A stretch of DNA of 39,732 nt from Sphingomonadales bacterium (GTDB taxonomy: Bacteria; Pseudomonadota; Alphaproteobacteria; Sphingomonadales; Sphingomonadaceae). This document shows positions 37,100 to 39,732 of the stretch, in pieces; position 1 is the first letter of the stretch, and every line of letters begins with the position of its first letter. A program made the position numbers and the translations under genes. The DNA lies in the NCBI GenBank assembly GCA_005773165.1, contig SXHP01000142.1, forward strand, positions 1 to 39,732, written 5' to 3'. The notes under the pieces are model-generated. The model did not search any database. It saw only the letters and a program-made list of their open reading frames with translations, and was not told where the DNA came from.

Positions 37100-37798
37100 A
37101 TGATGCCTGCGCTCCTGAATCCTGGCGCGACCATTCGCGTTCTGCGGCAAGGGACAGAGCACGAGCCGGTGATCGTCATCGATGACATGCTCGCCGCTCC
37201 CGAACGCTGGCGCAATCTGGCCGCGCAGGCGCACTACGGCAAGATCGGACCGCATTACCCCGGCATCCGCGCGCTGGTTCCCGCCGCCGCGGCGTTGTCG
37301 ATGCGTGACGAACTGTCGGCGCTGATCGGCGATGTCTTCGACTTCGCCGTCGTGCCGCCGGTGTTCGAATGCTTCTTTTCGATCGTGACCACGCCGCCGC
37401 ACGCGCTGGCGCCGATCCAGCGGCTGCCGCACGTCGACGGGCTGGAGCGCGAGCGGGTGGCGATCCTCATCTACCTCTCGGGCGCCGAGCAGGGCGGCAC
37501 CGCCTTTTATCGGCAGCGAGCGACGGGGTTCGAAACGATCGACCGTGAACGGTTCCCGCGATTCGAGGCGGCGCTGAAGGCGGGCGTTGCGGAACACGGT
37601 CTGCCGCCTGCGAGCTATATCGCGGGCGACACGCCGCTATATGAGCAGGTCGCCGCGTATGAAGCGCGGCCGAACCGCGCGCTGATCTATCGAAGCTGCC
37701 TGCTCCACTGCGCGCACATTCCGCCCGGCGCGCCCCTGCCAGCCGATCCGCATACGGGACGTTTGAGCATCAACAGCTTCCTGTTCGCTTCGGGTTAG
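37100..37798 (+). CDS. DUF6445-like protein, predicted 2OG-Fe(II) oxygenase fold
   Basis: PVIVIDD, YPGIRA, FSIVTTPP..L.PIQRLPHVD, GGTAFYR, NRALIY, LLHCA, GRLSINSF. Confidence 0.75.
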   Translation: MMPALLNPGATIRVLRQGTEHEPVIVIDDMLAAPERWRNLAAQAHYGKIGPHYPGIRALVPAAAALSMRDELSALIGDVFDFAVVPPVFECFFSIVTTPPHALAPIQRLPHVDGLERERVAILIYLSGAEQGGTAFYRQRATGFETIDRERFPRFEAALKAGVAEHGLPPASYIAGDTPLYEQVAAYEARPNRALIYRSCLLHCAHIPPGAPLPADPHTGRLSINSFLFASG

Positions 37799-38032
37799 AC
37801 CGGCGCGCCAACATTGCTGCTTTTGAAGGTCAACAAGACGAGGGCGCAGAAAACAGAATTGTCCCGTCGTCGCGGTCGGGCGATCAGCCAGCCTTGAGCG
37901 ATCTGGATCGCGTGGTCACTGACCACACCGAATCTTCGCGCGCTAAACGGCTGATTTACTTCTGATTACAGAAATACCGACCACCTCAGTCGCGTAGAGT
38001 CATCGTCGATTGCAAGAACAGGGCAAGACCCC

Positions 38033-38060
38033 TTGCCGATCCGCGGTCCGCTGATATTAT
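38033..38060 (+). promoter_or_regulatory. sigma70-like promoter
   Basis: TTGCCG-N16-TATTAT, 34 nt upstream of ATG 38095. Confidence 0.45.
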
Positions 38061-38094
38061 CGCACGTACATCGGCGCGGTTGGGGAAGGCTGCG

Positions 38095-39621
38095 ATGAAA
38101 GCTTGGGCGAAGCTGCCGACCGCACCTGTGACCGCGCTGATCGGTGCGGCCGCGGTGCTGGCGATGTCGGTGGCCGGACGGGGCGGCGCCGTGACGCCGA
38201 AGCTGCCTACCTATCCTGCCCCTACGCGCACCATATGGCTCGATCAGGGATGGGGAGACACCGAACGCGCCTGGTACCACCATGTGTCGCAAGGCACCGA
38301 CACGATCCCGATACCTTATGCCTGGTTCATGGCGCTGGAGCAGCCGCAAGCGTCGCTGGGCTCCCCCGGACTGTTCAGCGATCCCCGATACCTGGACCGC
38401 CTCGGCTTCATCCCAGCGCCGAAAAGCGCGACCAATCCTGCGGGGCTGCCGATCGGCTTCGCCCGTACCGCGGGAATCGACCCGACCAACGGCGCGCGCT
38501 TCGACCAGCTCGGCTTCACCTGCGCCGCGTGCCACACGGGTCGGATAGACTTCGGCGGCGTTACGATGCTGGTCGATGGCGGTCCGGCGTTGACCGACAT
38601 CAACAAGTTCAGAATCGCGCTGGGCTTCGCGCTGGGCAAGACGCTGATCGACCCGCCGCGCTTTCTGCGGTTCGCGGCGCGTGTGCTCGGCCCCGGCCGG
38701 ACGGTGCGGCAGGTGGCGGCGCTCAAGCTCGAGCTCGGCCGGCTGGTGAAGGAAGGCTTCAAGCTCGCCATCGCCGAGCCGGGTTCCCGCGACAACGTGG
38801 AGGAAGGCTATGGCCGTCTCGACGCGCTGAACCGCATCGGCAACGAGGTTTTCGCGACGCAGATGAAGGACAAGCGCAACTACGCGGACCTGACCGCGCC
38901 GGTCGCCTATCCGCACATCTGGGACACGCACTGGTACGATTGGGTTCAATACAACAGCTCGATCCAACAGCCCATGGTTCGCAACGCGGGCGAGGCGATG
39001 GGGGTGCGCGCGCTGGTCAACTATGACGGGCGCGTCGCCCCGCGGTTCACCTCGACCATCCCGATCGACCGGCTGCACGAGATCGAGACGATGCTCGCCG
39101 GGCGCGAGCAGCCGACGACGGCGAGGCGCTTCACAGGGCTGCGCTCTCCGGCCTGGCCCGAATCGATCCTGCCGCGGATCAATCGCGCGCTCGCAGCCCG
39201 GGGGGCTGAGTTGTACGAGCAGAAATGCGCGTCGTGCCATCTTCCCGCAGTCGGCACCGAGGCTTTCTGGAACAGCCCGGCCTGGCTCCCCGCGAATGCG
39301 GCGGGTCAGCGCCATCTGCGGGTTCCGGTGATCCCGGTCGATGTGATCGGCACCGATCCGGCGCAGGCGGTCGACATGAAGAACCGGAGCGTGCGGGTGC
39401 CGCAAGCCTGGGGCTTTACGGGCGCTACCGGCACGGACGGCGATCATGGCGTCTATCCTTATGGTCCGGCGCTCGGCCAGATCGTCGAGAAGGTCGTCTA
39501 TCGCTGGTACGACGACCGCCGGATCTCCGCCGCCCACCGCGAGAAGATGAACGGGCATCGGCCCAACGGCATTCGCGATGGGATGCGCGGGCCGAACGGC
39601 AGCGTGCCGGGGTTGCTTTGA
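38095..39621 (+). CDS. RoxA-like di-heme cytochrome c peroxidase-family protein, probably 3'-truncated
   Basis: Signal peptide, LDQGW...WYH..QG, GLPIGF, CAACH (38521-38535), GYGRLDALNRIGN, APVAYPHIW, WVQYN, RNAGEAMGV, CASCH (39226-39240), IGTDP. SD GGGGAAGG. Confidence 0.78.
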   Translation: MKAWAKLPTAPVTALIGAAAVLAMSVAGRGGAVTPKLPTYPAPTRTIWLDQGWGDTERAWYHHVSQGTDTIPIPYAWFMALEQPQASLGSPGLFSDPRYLDRLGFIPAPKSATNPAGLPIGFARTAGIDPTNGARFDQLGFTCAACHTGRIDFGGVTMLVDGGPALTDINKFRIALGFALGKTLIDPPRFLRFAARVLGPGRTVRQVAALKLELGRLVKEGFKLAIAEPGSRDNVEEGYGRLDALNRIGNEVFATQMKDKRNYADLTAPVAYPHIWDTHWYDWVQYNSSIQQPMVRNAGEAMGVRALVNYDGRVAPRFTSTIPIDRLHEIETMLAGREQPTTARRFTGLRSPAWPESILPRINRALAARGAELYEQKCASCHLPAVGTEAFWNSPAWLPANAAGQRHLRVPVIPVDVIGTDPAQAVDMKNRSVRVPQAWGFTGATGTDGDHGVYPYGPALGQIVEKVVYRWYDDRRISAAHREKMNGHRPNGIRDGMRGPNGSVPGLL

Positions 39622-39708
39622 GTAATTCTCTGCCAAGACCAGGTAAGTAAGCCATCAGGGACTCCCTCTGCGCTTATTTTCGATCGAGGACCGATCGCAG
39701 GCGCTTTT

Positions 39709-39730
39709 TTGAACAACTCTAATTGTTCAA
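39709..39730. promoter_or_regulatory. Perfect 8-bp inverted repeat, operator-like
   Basis: TTGAACAA-CTCTAA-TTGTTCAA in lower-GC DNA at the window edge. Confidence 0.45.
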
Positions 39731-39732
39731 CC

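Noticed and set aside
37966-39636. 556-aa minus-strand ORF
   Set aside because: Antisense shadow of the di-heme cytochrome gene.
39711-39728. GAAC...GTTC as a LexA box
   Set aside because: Alphaproteobacterial LexA uses direct GTTC-N7-GTTC repeats. This is inverted with a 10-nt spacer.
1-39732. CRISPR arrays, tRNA/rRNA, transposases, riboswitches
   Set aside because: No spaced direct-repeat array, cloverleaf or transposase/integrase motifs were seen by eye. An Infernal/Rfam scan would be needed to exclude small RNAs.

Overview
GC-rich alphaproteobacterial chromosome segment, most likely Sphingomonas, judged from the REP-type palindrome, TonB-receptor loci, EcfG-type promoters and gene repertoire. 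It has five blocks. (1) 1-8.2 kb is a storage-lipid cluster: 3' part of a class III PHA synthase, GNAT, lipase-like hydrolase, CobB sirtuin, and a convergent CYP102 P450-reductase > WS/DGAT > phasin unit, with PhaR-like boxes. (2) 8.2-16.1 kb is a LacI-controlled beta-glucan (probably beta-1,2-glucan) utilization locus: GH3, LacI, TBDR, GH144. (3) 16.2-32 kb is the most interesting part, an 11-gene TonB-receptor-centred locus: DgcN/DgcA-type D-glutamate enzymes, a secreted N-acyl-D-amino-acid deacylase, a DAACS symporter, an amidohydrolase-CIA30 fusion, DacB, AmpG coupled to an AmiE/YbbE-like serine hydrolase, a second secreted serine hydrolase and an SGNH esterase. Together these suggest a utilization locus for peptidoglycan stem peptides or D-amino-acid peptides. 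(4) 32.6-37 kb holds general-stress-type genes (SDR, Zn-ADH, SRPBCC, DUF4142, esterase) with EcfG-type promoters. (5) The right end has a DUF6445-like gene and a RoxA-like di-heme cytochrome that appears 3'-truncated at a junction with lower-GC DNA. No rRNA, tRNA, CRISPR array or transposase was seen. All assignments come from motif recognition by eye; no database searches were run.
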